From: Candidatus Versatilivorator sp.
GTDB taxonomy: Bacteria > Acidobacteriota > Terriglobia > Versatilivoradales > Versatilivoraceae
Length of the DNA stretch: 64,000 bases
Direction of reading: 5' to 3'
Assembly (NCBI GenBank): GCA_965207735.1
Contig: OZ242296.1
Coordinates: 1,568,001-1,632,000, forward strand
Both the position numbers and the translations under genes were made by a program. The notes under the pieces are model-generated. The model searched no databases and had not been told where the DNA came from. It saw nothing but the letters and a program-made list of their open reading frames with translations. Shown here piece by piece: positions 50,149 to 59,986 of this stretch; the stretch's first letter is position 1, and the number at the start of each line of letters is the position of its first letter.

Positions 50149-50991
50149 CTACTGCCCCGTCTTGAACACATCCAGCATGGGAACCGGACCACCGCTGGTC
50201 ACCACCGACGGCATCACTCCATTCCACTTGCCCACGGCCTCCTTCTGAACCTCAATTCGTCGCAACTCCAACAACTGGGTGGTCACCTGAGCCCTTTGGA
50301 GTTCCAGCCCCTTGGCTTCGGCTCGAGCTTGCTCAATCTGCTGCTTGGCCTCGAACTCGACCCGTCGAAGGGCGTTCTCCGCTTCCAGTGCCCGCTGGAC
50401 GGCCGTCACCTTGGCCTCGATGGCCTGCTGGAAGGCGTTCGAAAACTGAAAATCGGTGATCGATACCTGCACAACCTGCAGACCTCGCGGCTGCAGTCGA
50501 TCGGCCAGCAACTCCTGCAGGGCAGTCTTCACCGCCGGGCGCTGGGTAATGAGTTCTTCGGCATTGTAGTTGGCCGTGGTCGATTTCACGGCTTCCTGGA
50601 TATAGGGCTGAATCACCAGGCTTTCGTAATTCCGCCGCAGGGCACGATAGACTTCCGCAACCTGGTTGGGCTTCAACTGGTAGTTCAAGGTGACTTCGGT
50701 GGTCACCACTTGCAGATCCTTGCTGGAGGAGGTCGCGGGAGCGGTGTACTTGTTAAGCTGGGTGGACATCAGGACCACGTCCTCAACGAAGGGAATTTTG
50801 AAGTAGAGACCCTCCTCCAGGATATCCCCTGTCGGAGCATCGAATCGCAGCAGAACACCGCGCTGCCCGGCGCCTACTGTTCCAAATGCTCCTGATACTA
50901 CAATCAGGGCGACAATCACGACCACTCCCATGGCGACGATCCGGCCCAGATTAACCGGCATTCGAAACTCCTCCCGCGCATGTCTTGCCAT
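50149..50991 (-). CDS. Prohibitin/SPFH (band 7) family protein
   Basis: N-terminal TM, EGLYFKIPF, SSKDLQ, FQQAIEAKV, KWNGVMP; AAGGAG SD. Confidence 0.9.
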   Translation of the reverse strand: MARHAREEFRMPVNLGRIVAMGVVVIVALIVVSGAFGTVGAGQRGVLLRFDAPTGDILEEGLYFKIPFVEDVVLMSTQLNKYTAPATSSSKDLQVVTTEVTLNYQLKPNQVAEVYRALRRNYESLVIQPYIQEAVKSTTANYNAEELITQRPAVKTALQELLADRLQPRGLQVVQVSITDFQFSNAFQQAIEAKVTAVQRALEAENALRRVEFEAKQQIEQARAEAKGLELQRAQVTTQLLELRRIEVQKEAVGKWNGVMPSVVTSGGPVPMLDVFKTGQ

Positions 50992-51374
50992 TGTGTTCTC
51001 CTTTTCGTTTCGGTATTTGCTTCTGCAAGTTCAGGCCCCATTCTACTTGAGCCGGGGAGGAAGGGTATGTTTTTCGGGAAAGACCCCTGACCGGTCCCGC
51101 CGCTCGGACCCATAAACACGGCCCAACGGAGAGGAAACGGGGCAGGCTCTGCCCACTGGTCCTTCCGGAGAGTGATACCCGTCTCTCCACCCAGTTGAAA
51201 GAAAAGGGGGGGCGGACCTGTCGTGTATAATCAGGCGGGCGGGTGGTTGCAGTCCGACCGGCATCACAGAACACTGCCCGGCCAGGCCATGTCCCGGGAG
51301 CTTGGTCCAACCCCACTTATCCCGGAAACGCACAGCTATTCTGCTCTTTTCGCTGACGCCCGGAGACCCAACCC

Positions 51375-52442
51375 ATGCCCACATTCAACCCACAAGATCT
51401 CCGCGACATCGGATACCGGCTCTTTCAGACGGCCGGTTGCCGGGAAGAAGACAGCCGCGCCGTGGTCGACCACATCGTGGAGTCGAATCTCTTCGGCCAT
51501 CCCTCCCATGGAGTGATGCGATACGCGGAATATCTTCGCGCCCTTCGAGAAGGTCGCTTCAAGCCCCAGGCCACTCCCAGGATTGTCAACGATCATCCCT
51601 GCACGGCCGTGGTGGACGCCAACGGAGCCCTGGGACAGATTGGGGCCAATTTCGCCACCCGCCTGGCCATCGAAAAGGCCCGCACCCAGGGAATGGCGGC
51701 GGTCGGCCTGCGCAACACCAGCCACATCGGCCGGGTGGGCGCCTACCCGCTGGAAATCGCCAGAGAGGGCCTGATTGGATCCATTTTCGTCAACGCGGGT
51801 CGGTTGGGCTATCAGATCGCCCCCTTCGGCGGCATCGACGGGCGCCTCAGCACCAACCCCCTGGCCTTCGCGGCGCCGCGGCGCCAGGCCGACCCGATCT
51901 TCATCGACATGACCACCTCCATGGCAGCCGAGGGAAAGATTCGGGTCGCCATGAATCAGGGCAAGAGTCTGCCCGAGGGATGGATCATCGACTCGGAGGG
52001 ACGGCCCACAACCGACCCCGACGAGTTCAAGGGGGATCCGCCGGGAGCCATTCTGCCTCTTGGAGGGCCCGTAGGCCACAAGGGCTACGGCCTCAGCATC
52101 ATGGTGGAGATTCTGGGCGGGGCCCTCAGCGGAGAGGGATGCGCGGCCGGCGAGCGCGTGATGTCCAGCAACGGCGTCCTGGTGACGGCCTATCGCATCG
52201 AGGACTTTTGCGACCTGGACCGATACTACGACGAAGTGGACTCCCTGATCGCCCACGTCAAGTCCAGCCGCCTGGCCAAGGGCTTCAGCGAAATCCTGGC
52301 CCCCGGCGAACCCGAATATCGCAGCGCCCGCCGCACACAAGCGGAGGGCATCACCGTGGATGAGAACACCTGGGCTCAAATCTGCGAAGAGGCCCGATGG
52401 CTGGGTCTGTCTCCCGAAGACTGGCCGGGGGTGGAAAGCTAA
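51375..52442 (+). CDS. Ldh_2 (malate/L-lactate/ureidoglycolate dehydrogenase-like) oxidoreductase
   Basis: GHPSHG, SHIGRVG, STNPLAF, DMTTS, GHKGYGL, APGEPE. Confidence 0.92.
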   Translation: MPTFNPQDLRDIGYRLFQTAGCREEDSRAVVDHIVESNLFGHPSHGVMRYAEYLRALREGRFKPQATPRIVNDHPCTAVVDANGALGQIGANFATRLAIEKARTQGMAAVGLRNTSHIGRVGAYPLEIAREGLIGSIFVNAGRLGYQIAPFGGIDGRLSTNPLAFAAPRRQADPIFIDMTTSMAAEGKIRVAMNQGKSLPEGWIIDSEGRPTTDPDEFKGDPPGAILPLGGPVGHKGYGLSIMVEILGGALSGEGCAAGERVMSSNGVLVTAYRIEDFCDLDRYYDEVDSLIAHVKSSRLAKGFSEILAPGEPEYRSARRTQAEGITVDENTWAQICEEARWLGLSPEDWPGVES

Positions 52443-53701
52443 GCAGAAGAACAGTCTCTGAGTATCTGCATCGACCGCTGAACAGATTCCTCGGGCTCTG
52501 CAACATTGAACGGGAGGCAAACCAGGGTCAGGTCGTCGTCGAACCTGTAGCGTAGTTCAGTCGTAAAGCGTCCGGTTTGCGGGTAGACCAGCGCCACTGC
52601 TTCACATCCATAGCGCTTACCGTAGGCATAGAGCTGATACATATCGTCTTGGTCGATGCCGTGCTTCGGGGCATCGGCAAATGCGTCGGTGCGCTTCCAC
52701 TTGGCGTCGAGAATGAAAGCAACTCGATCGCCTTTCTGTAGGGAGATGTCCGGCTTCATCATGAATGCCCGTTGATCGGACACACCTCGGTCGCCGATTT
52801 TGACGGCCAACGCCTTTTGCGGCTTTTGTGCCGTCACACGGTAATCCGACTGATGGCGCCGAAAACTGTGCGTGACGAAGTCCTCGAACACCTGTTCCAT
52901 TGGAAAAAGCAGACACAGGTTGCGGTGGCGACCGGAGAAGGTGGCTAACCCATGACCGAACAGAAACAGGCCCACCCATTGCATCACCGGCCCGTAGTGC
53001 GGCATGGAACGATCCACCCGATGGCGCTGCCAGTCGGCATGCGAGTTGGCCGCTTGTGGCACCTCGGCAACCTCCATCAACTGGCGTAGCGACCCCAGCA
53101 TTCGGCGATTCTCCGTGTTCCGCACCAGCGGCCTCAGCCTGGCCAGCGCGCTGTGAATGAGCCGGTTGGCGGGGCGATCGACACTCAATTCGCCGTGCGA
53201 GACATAGAACCGAGCCTGATTGACCAGGTTCTCACGGATCTGTTCACGAAAGAGCAGGCGGCCTCGCAGGTACGGCAGGTTCTCCTCCACTGGCACATAG
53301 CGCCTGGCGAGACCGGCACGGATGAGCACATTTAGGCTGTCAAGGAATCGGCGAACGAAGACTTCGAGCATGGGAAATCGCCGCACGGCACGTATTTGGC
53401 TTTCCGGCAGTGACTCTGCAAGTCGACGCCAACATCGCAGCATCCGCAGGAATAGGCGTCGGGTTGATTCGTGGTCGGAGTCGACCTTGCCGCCAAGGTC
53501 GATCTTGGGGAGGATTTCCACCACCATGCCACGCTTTGTAGAGATAATGCCTACGTAGTTGGCTGCGGCAACGCCGCCAATCGGTTTACGCTGAAGCACC
53601 GGACTCGTGTTGGCAATGGACTCGAGTTCCTCCAAGTCCGCTTGATGCAGCTTGCTGCTGTCGAAGGACTCAAACTCCTGGATGGTGTATGCCTCTGGCA
53701 T
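52439..53701 (-). CDS. mcrC: McrC family PD-(D/E)xK nuclease subunit
   Basis: NYVGII, EILPKI, FPMEQVFEDFV, KPDI...ILDAKWK, DMYQLYAY; ATG overlaps mcrB stop (TGATG). Confidence 0.92.
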   Translation of the reverse strand: MPEAYTIQEFESFDSSKLHQADLEELESIANTSPVLQRKPIGGVAAANYVGIISTKRGMVVEILPKIDLGGKVDSDHESTRRLFLRMLRCWRRLAESLPESQIRAVRRFPMLEVFVRRFLDSLNVLIRAGLARRYVPVEENLPYLRGRLLFREQIRENLVNQARFYVSHGELSVDRPANRLIHSALARLRPLVRNTENRRMLGSLRQLMEVAEVPQAANSHADWQRHRVDRSMPHYGPVMQWVGLFLFGHGLATFSGRHRNLCLLFPMEQVFEDFVTHSFRRHQSDYRVTAQKPQKALAVKIGDRGVSDQRAFMMKPDISLQKGDRVAFILDAKWKRTDAFADAPKHGIDQDDMYQLYAYGKRYGCEAVALVYPQTGRFTTELRYRFDDDLTLVCLPFNVAEPEESVQRSMQILRDCSSA

Positions 53702-55866
53702 CAGCCACTCTGCTGGTCCGGTGTTTCGTAGATGCGCCGGTATTGGTCGGGTTCGATCCACCTCGGGTCGTTGCCGGGCAACCGCCGGTAAACCCTTTCT
53801 TCTACCTCTTGTTCGTTTTCCCGGAACAAGCCCGCGGTTTCTTCCACCACGACAAAGTCGTTTCCGCCCAGAACGGACCCTATCTTGGACCAGTCGTTGA
53901 AGAAGTATTCCTGCAGCAGCGGGAAGATCTTGTTCCGGAAGGCGTACGACAATTTCTCAATCGCGTCCACGTTCATCAGGTAGGTATGGCCGATCTGATG
54001 CTCCCGGTCGAGCAGGGCGGTGATGCGTTTATTCATGACCCTCAGCATCCTCTGACAATCGACACCCTCCACATCCGTGGAAATAGTCTTGTGCTCCGGC
54101 TCCGGCATCATCTCCACGAAGTCAAAGCGCCTCCGCAGCGCCGTGTCCAGCAGTTGAATCGACCGGTCGGCCGTGTTCATCGTGCCGATCAGGTAAAGGT
54201 TGTCCGGAACACCGAATGATTCCTTCGAATAAGGCAACGTGACCTTCGTTTCATCCTCCGCGCCGAGCCGCCGGGAAGCCTCGATCAGCGTGATGAGTTC
54301 GCCAAATATCTTGGCGATGTTGCCACGGTTGATCTCGTCGATGATCAGGACGAACCGTTTATCCCCATCCGTTTTCGCCGCATTATTGGCCGCATTGGCG
54401 ATTTTCTTGAAAATACCGTCACTCAACTCGTAACTGAGACCCTCAGCCCTCTCGTCCAAGAGCGGCCGGATTCCTTCAATGAAGTCCTCATAGGCGTAAC
54501 TCTGGTGAAAAGTCACCAAGGCGATCTGACCGGAGTTTTCTTTTGGATTGAATCGGAGTTCGTGAAACCTCTCGATCTCTCGCCTGTCGTAATTGACTCT
54601 GGCACCGTCGATGATGGCCAAGGCGTGGTTAACCGTGTAGAACGTCTTACTCGTTCCCGGTGGTCCGTAGAGGATCTGATTGCTGGGATGTTTCACTTCC
54701 GGTTTTTGCTCCGGTTTCTGCGTTTCCTCTCCGCTGTTCACAGACTCCGGACCGCTGAGTCGGTCCAGCAGCTCGAATGTCTCCGAATATGCCGGCGCCC
54801 GACGAAAAGCGTTCAGGGTCTGAGGACCTGCGTCGTTAAAGCCCGTTCGGTCCGTTTGCCCCGCCAGGCTTCCTGTCACCTTGTTCAACCAGACAACATG
54901 TATCCTGCTATCCTCAGCAAGGCGCTCCCGGTAGTCGTTCCTATGGACGATCCCCATGCCGCGCCCCCGCGACGTGCCGGTTCTGACAAGAATCACGTCG
55001 CCGGGCTCCGGATCGCCAAGCGGGTATTGGGGACGATCAGGCCTCGACTCGTCATAATCCTCCCAACCCTTCCCGCCCCCAGGTCCTCCGGTGAAGACCC
55101 AATGGTTCGGTTCAAAGTCAAGCTGCGGTTTGAAGTCTCTCCAGTAGTCGCCTCCGCTTTGGCCCATGGCATTCGTGCTGACCTGAAAGCATCGATCCGA
55201 ATGAACAGACAAACTGCCTGACCACCTCAGATAGGCAAACAGGTTTATTTCGTAGGGCTCACAGCCCGGGAATCGACCACGGACTTTCTGTAGCCATTCC
55301 TTATAAAGTGGCCAATTGAATTCGCCGGCCGGCGGATCGACAATAGCGTCCATCTTGTCGTCGCAGGCAATGAACTGAGACGGGTTGATGAGAAAGAGCG
55401 CCTGCGTCAGCTTTACTGCACCAACCTGGCGGATCTTGAGTGCGCCATCGAAATCTTCGGGAGCCACCGAGTCCCGCCCCCGAACGGCTCCTCGGAACAA
55501 GTTCCAAAGCAACTGCGGGTTACCTTGGCCGTTGTTGTGGAATAGCACCAGGGCGTTGTACGAGGGCGTTGGGAATATGAACCCATCCTCCAATTCAACC
55601 GGAGGCTGGCCATCCATGTTGAATGCCGTCTTAACGCTCGGAAATACCCGCTCCCGACTCCGCGTGTCCTGGTTCCGTTGCGCGAGGGAATAGAAGAATG
55701 AGAACGGATCTATGTTCTTGTCGCCGTGTTTGAGCAATGGCGGCTCATCACCATCGTTACGCCACGCCACCTTTTTGGCGGCCTCGGCCAGATAGGTCTC
55801 GCCGCCCTCTTCAATGTTTCTTGCGAGTTCCTTGAACCAGTGAACCCACCCGTAGATCTCCTTCAT
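53701..55866 (-). CDS. mcrB: McrB family AAA+ GTPase with long unassigned N-terminal region
   Basis: YGPPGTSKT, TFHQSYAYEDFIEG, IIDEINRGN, GTMNTADRS, ALRRRF, IGHTY; AGGAGG SD. Confidence 0.92.
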   Translation of the reverse strand: MKEIYGWVHWFKELARNIEEGGETYLAEAAKKVAWRNDGDEPPLLKHGDKNIDPFSFFYSLAQRNQDTRSRERVFPSVKTAFNMDGQPPVELEDGFIFPTPSYNALVLFHNNGQGNPQLLWNLFRGAVRGRDSVAPEDFDGALKIRQVGAVKLTQALFLINPSQFIACDDKMDAIVDPPAGEFNWPLYKEWLQKVRGRFPGCEPYEINLFAYLRWSGSLSVHSDRCFQVSTNAMGQSGGDYWRDFKPQLDFEPNHWVFTGGPGGGKGWEDYDESRPDRPQYPLGDPEPGDVILVRTGTSRGRGMGIVHRNDYRERLAEDSRIHVVWLNKVTGSLAGQTDRTGFNDAGPQTLNAFRRAPAYSETFELLDRLSGPESVNSGEETQKPEQKPEVKHPSNQILYGPPGTSKTFYTVNHALAIIDGARVNYDRREIERFHELRFNPKENSGQIALVTFHQSYAYEDFIEGIRPLLDERAEGLSYELSDGIFKKIANAANNAAKTDGDKRFVLIIDEINRGNIAKIFGELITLIEASRRLGAEDETKVTLPYSKESFGVPDNLYLIGTMNTADRSIQLLDTALRRRFDFVEMMPEPEHKTISTDVEGVDCQRMLRVMNKRITALLDREHQIGHTYLMNVDAIEKLSYAFRNKIFPLLQEYFFNDWSKIGSVLGGNDFVVVEETAGLFRENEQEVEERVYRRLPGNDPRWIEPDQYRRIYETPDQQSG

Positions 55867-55889
55867 GCGCTCTTTCTCCTCCTGTTACA

Positions 55890-55918
55890 TTGACGTCTAT
55901 CGATTGTCACCGTACATT
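55890..55918 (+). promoter_or_regulatory. Putative sigma70 promoter for the higA-like gene, bracketed by an imperfect inverted repeat
   Basis: TTGACG-17 bp-TACATT; TGTTACATT (55883-55891) / AATGTGAACA (55921-55930). Confidence 0.55.
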
Positions 55919-55942
55919 GGAATGTGAACATGAGGGTCCGAT

Positions 55943-56230
55943 ATGGCGATGAAAAATCCTGTTCATGCGGGTGCTATTGTGCGCGAGGAATGTCTGAAAC
56001 CCTTGGGCCTGACTGTCTCCGAATGTGCAGAGAGACTCGGCGTCGGACGCCGGACGCTTTCCAACCTGGTGAATGAAAAGGCATCGGTTTCCATTGAAAT
56101 GGCCTTCCCGCTGTCGAAGGCGTTCGGCTCAACTCCCCGAACATGGCTTGGCATGCAGTTGGCGTTCGACCTTGCCCGTTCGCGTGATTTGGAAAGACGG
56201 ATCAACGTCAAACGCATTGTGGCCGCATAG
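55943..56230 (+). CDS. higA: HigA family antitoxin-type HTH protein, no adjacent toxin
   Basis: MKNPVHAG, LKPLGLTV, LGVGRRTLSNLVN, EMA..LSKAFGSTPRTWLGMQ. Confidence 0.88.
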   Translation: MAMKNPVHAGAIVREECLKPLGLTVSECAERLGVGRRTLSNLVNEKASVSIEMAFPLSKAFGSTPRTWLGMQLAFDLARSRDLERRINVKRIVAA

Positions 56231-56400
56231 CAGCCACGCTTAAGAATACAGGAAAGGCGGCCGTGCGTCCTCGACGGCTCGACGGGAGGCGCCCAATTGA
56301 GCGCCCGAAGCCTTTCCGGTATATACTAGCCATTGAGAGAAAACCGTCGAACCGAAGACCGTCGCAACAGACGGCTTCGGCTGGCAATTGACTGACAACC

Positions 56401-57579
56401 ATGCGGCGCATCTACCTGGACAACAACGCAACCACTCGGGTTGCCCCGGAGGTTCTGGAGGCCATGCTGCCCTGCTACGGGGAGGTCTTTGGCAACCCCT
56501 CCAGCGTTCACGGGTATGGGCAGGAAGCCAAGGAGGCGCTGGATCTGGCGAGGGAACAGGTGGCGGGCCTGCTGAACTCGGAGCCCAACGAAATCGTGTT
56601 TACCGCGGGCGGCACCGAAAGCGACAATCTGGCTATTCGCGGTGTCATGGAGGCGGCCCCGGGAAGCGCCAGGCACCTGGTGACTTCGCAGATCGAGCAC
56701 CATGCGGTGATCCACACCTGCCAGGATGTTGAAAAGCGCGGTGTCGAGGTGACTTACGTCCCCGTCAACCGGGAAGGGGTGGTGGATCCCGAGCAGGTCG
56801 CCCGGGCCGTGCGGGCGGACACCCGGCTGATTTCCATCATGGTTGCCAACAACGAAACGGGCGCCTTGCAGCCGGTTCGCCGGATCGGCGACATCGCCAG
56901 GGAGCGGGGCGTGCTATTTCATTCGGATGCCGTTCAGGCGGCCGGCAAGATTCCCCTCAACACCGCCGAGCTTGGTGTCGATCTGCTCACCATCAGCGCC
57001 CACAAGTTTCAGGGGCCGAAGGGGGTGGGAGCTCTCTTTGTGAGGAAGGGCACGCGCCTGCGCCCCCTCTTCCACGGCGGGGGCCACGAAAGAAACCGCC
57101 GGGCCGGAACCGAGAACGTGCCGCAAATCGTCGGTTTGGGTCGAGCGGCCGAATTGGTGCGGAAGTCGATGGACCGGGAAGGCGAGCGGATTCAGAAATT
57201 GAGGGATTGGTTCGAAAAGGAGGCGCAGCGGCGAATTCCGGAGGTCACGGTCAACGGACCCGCCGAATCGAGGCTGTGCAACACCTCCAACCTGCGCTTT
57301 GCCGGGGCCGAGGCGGAAGGGTTGATCATCAATCTGGATCTGGCGGGAGTGGCCTGTTCCACCGGGTCCGCCTGCTCCTCCGGGGCCATCGAGCCTTCCC
57401 ATGTGCTGACGGCCATGGGTCTGTCTCCGGCCGAGGCTTTCGAGTGCCTCCGCTTCAGCTTGTCCAGGGATACCGCCCGGGAGGACCTGGTCCGGGTGCT
57501 GGAACTGCTGCCCGATCTGGTAGCCCGGCAACGGGAGATGTCCTCGCCCGAAAAACATGCCTATTCGATGATCTCCTGA
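56401..57579 (+). CDS. iscS: Cysteine desulfurase (IscS/NifS)
   Basis: YLDNNATT, GNPSSVH, SAHKFQGPKG, STGSACSSG. Confidence 0.93.
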   Translation: MRRIYLDNNATTRVAPEVLEAMLPCYGEVFGNPSSVHGYGQEAKEALDLAREQVAGLLNSEPNEIVFTAGGTESDNLAIRGVMEAAPGSARHLVTSQIEHHAVIHTCQDVEKRGVEVTYVPVNREGVVDPEQVARAVRADTRLISIMVANNETGALQPVRRIGDIARERGVLFHSDAVQAAGKIPLNTAELGVDLLTISAHKFQGPKGVGALFVRKGTRLRPLFHGGGHERNRRAGTENVPQIVGLGRAAELVRKSMDREGERIQKLRDWFEKEAQRRIPEVTVNGPAESRLCNTSNLRFAGAEAEGLIINLDLAGVACSTGSACSSGAIEPSHVLTAMGLSPAEAFECLRFSLSRDTAREDLVRVLELLPDLVARQREMSSPEKHAYSMIS

Positions 57580-57677
57580 GCCCGGGCCTAAGGGGCCGGG
57601 ACGACCGTTTTCCCATCACTCTTTTCACTAGAACGGACTTCCGTCCGGCAACGGACGCTGGTGAGTGGTAAGTCAGT

Positions 57678-58853
57678 ATGTCAGAGAAAATTGTCATCGC
57701 CATGAGCGGAGGTGTGGACAGTTCGACCGCCGCGGCCCTGCTGAAGGATCAGGGCCGGGACGTGGTCGGTCTCTCCATGCAGCTATGGGACTACACCCGG
57801 CGGGAGACCAGTGACGACGAGGACTGGGAACGGAAGAAGTCCGGAACCTGCTGCTCGCTCGACGATATTTATGACGCCCGGCGGGTGGCCCGCTTCCTCG
57901 ACATCCCCTTTTACGTGGTCAACTTCGAGCGGGCATTCGAGCAGGAAGTGGTGCGTCCCTTTGTGGAGAGCTACCTCAGCGGGGAGACTCCCATTCCCTG
58001 TACCCGCTGCAACACGCTCATGAAGTTCGACCGGCTGCTGGCTCGAGCCATCCAGATCGGCGCCGACCGGATCGCCACCGGCCATTACGCCCGCATCCGC
58101 CATAACCCCCGGACCGGACGCTACGAGCTTCTCCGCGCCGTCTATCGGAGCAAGGACCAATCCTTTTTCCTGTTCGATCTCACCCAGGCCCAGTTGAGCC
58201 GCATGCTCTTCCCCCTGGGCGAGTTCACCAAGGCCGAGGTGCGCGGCATGGCTGAATCCTATCGCCTGCCCATCGCCGACAAGCCGGAAAGCCAGGAGAT
58301 CTGCTTCATCCCCACCAAAGACACCGGACGGTTCGTGGAGCGATATGTGGAAAAGGGGCGGACATCGGCCCCGGGATCCAACGGCTCCAAGCAGGATTCG
58401 AGTCCGGCCCCCGCCTCGTCGGATTGCGGAGGTCCGGGTCGAATCGTGAACCGTCAGGGAGAGGTGCTGGGAGAGCACCCCGGCATCCACCACTTCACGG
58501 TCGGTCAGCGGAAAGGGCTGGGAGTGGCTACCGGGGAGCGGCTTTACGTGATCGAAACCGACCCTGACCGCAATCGAGTGGTGGTGGGGCCCGACCGCGA
58601 TCTGCTCCGGTCCGGGCTGGTCGCCTCCAGGGTCAATTGGATCTCCGTCGAGACGTTAACCCGGCCGCTACGGGTCCAAGCTCAGATTCGAAGCCGGCAT
58701 CAGGCGGCCGAGGCAACCCTGTCGGCTCGGGACGACGGGTCGGTGGAGGTCCGTTTCGACGAACCTCAGCGGGCCGTGACCCCCGGGCAGGCCGTGGTCT
58801 TCTACCAGGACGAGCTGGTGGTGGGCGGCGGCTGGATTCAGGAAGGACTCTAG
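57678..58853 (+). CDS. mnmA: tRNA 2-thiouridine(34) synthase
   Basis: AMSGGVDS, TPIPCTRCN, IATGHYAR, KDQS, ESQEICF, GQRKGL, TPGQAVVFY. Confidence 0.96.
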   Translation: MSEKIVIAMSGGVDSSTAAALLKDQGRDVVGLSMQLWDYTRRETSDDEDWERKKSGTCCSLDDIYDARRVARFLDIPFYVVNFERAFEQEVVRPFVESYLSGETPIPCTRCNTLMKFDRLLARAIQIGADRIATGHYARIRHNPRTGRYELLRAVYRSKDQSFFLFDLTQAQLSRMLFPLGEFTKAEVRGMAESYRLPIADKPESQEICFIPTKDTGRFVERYVEKGRTSAPGSNGSKQDSSPAPASSDCGGPGRIVNRQGEVLGEHPGIHHFTVGQRKGLGVATGERLYVIETDPDRNRVVVGPDRDLLRSGLVASRVNWISVETLTRPLRVQAQIRSRHQAAEATLSARDDGSVEVRFDEPQRAVTPGQAVVFYQDELVVGGGWIQEGL

Positions 58854-58869
58854 CCCGCGGACTGACCCC

Positions 58870-59898
58870 ATGAAGACGGGAATTCTCTGGAACGATCTCT
58901 TTCTGAAGCACGATACCGGCCCCGCCCATCCGGAGAACAAGGAGCGCCTGCTCTCCATCCGGCGGGGGCTGGACTCCTACCCCCACCTCGCGGACCTCAA
59001 GCGTCTGGGACTGAGACCGGCCACCGAGACCGAGCTGCGCCTGGTCCATCCTGCCGCTCACATCCGCGCCATCCAGCAAAGCGCCGGCAGACCCTTCAAC
59101 TATCTGGATTCCGACACTGCCGTCTGCGAAGACAGTTACGAAGTGGCTGTCCATGCGGTGGGAGGGGTCCTGCAGATGATCGAGTCCCTGATGTCGGGCG
59201 AGATCGACAACGGTTTTGCCTTTGTGCGGCCGCCGGGTCACCACGCCGAACCCGAACGGGCCATGGGTTTTTGCCTCTTCGGCAACGTGGCCCTGGGCGC
59301 CGCCCACGCCCTGAAACGCTTCGGGCTGGAACGGGTCCTGGTGGTCGATTTCGATGTCCACCACGGGAACGGCACTCAGAAGGCCTTTTACCATCGCCAG
59401 GATGTGCTCTTCATCTCCACCCACCAATTTCCTCTTTTCCCGGGAACCGGCGCCTTTCCCGAAATCGGCAGAGACTCCGGCAAGGGCTTCACCCTCAACT
59501 TCCCCCTGCCCGCCGGCACCGGCGATGACACCTACGGCCTGCTCTTCGACAAGATCGTCCTTCCGGTCGCCAAGGCCTACCGGCCCCAATTGATGCTGGT
59601 GTCGGCCGGGTTCGACGCCTACATGGCAGACCCCTTGGCCGGCATGCGCGTCACTCCGACGGGATTCGCATCCATGGCCCGTCATCTCAAGATCCTGGCC
59701 GACACGGTCTGCCATGGAAGGATGGTCCTGGTTCTGGAAGGCGGCTACCACCTCGAGGGACTGCAAGAGAGTGTGGTGCGGGTGTTGGACCAGCTCTGCG
59801 GGCATCCGGGACCCGTTCCACCCCCAGGCCGCTCCGACCTGTTCGAGGCCGTCCTCGCCAAGGCCCGGACCCACTTCGGGGACCACTGGAAGTTCTGA
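58870..59898 (+). CDS. Histone deacetylase family (acetoin/acetylpolyamine deacetylase-like) protein
   Basis: HPE, RPPGHHA, GFCLF, DFDVHHGNGTQ, SAGFD, LEGGY. Confidence 0.93.
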   Translation: MKTGILWNDLFLKHDTGPAHPENKERLLSIRRGLDSYPHLADLKRLGLRPATETELRLVHPAAHIRAIQQSAGRPFNYLDSDTAVCEDSYEVAVHAVGGVLQMIESLMSGEIDNGFAFVRPPGHHAEPERAMGFCLFGNVALGAAHALKRFGLERVLVVDFDVHHGNGTQKAFYHRQDVLFISTHQFPLFPGTGAFPEIGRDSGKGFTLNFPLPAGTGDDTYGLLFDKIVLPVAKAYRPQLMLVSAGFDAYMADPLAGMRVTPTGFASMARHLKILADTVCHGRMVLVLEGGYHLEGLQESVVRVLDQLCGHPGPVPPPGRSDLFEAVLAKARTHFGDHWKF

Positions 59899-59986
59899 CC
59901 GCCAACGACAACGAAGCCGCTTGCGCCGCCCGGCAAACCTCTCTTATAATTCAATTAATAAGAATCATCTAGCCTGGGTGGTCCCC

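Noticed and set aside
52439-56230. McrBC islet as a CoCoNuT system or integrative element
   Set aside because: No coiled-coil extension, helicase or CARF partner, integrase, tRNA or flanking att repeats were seen
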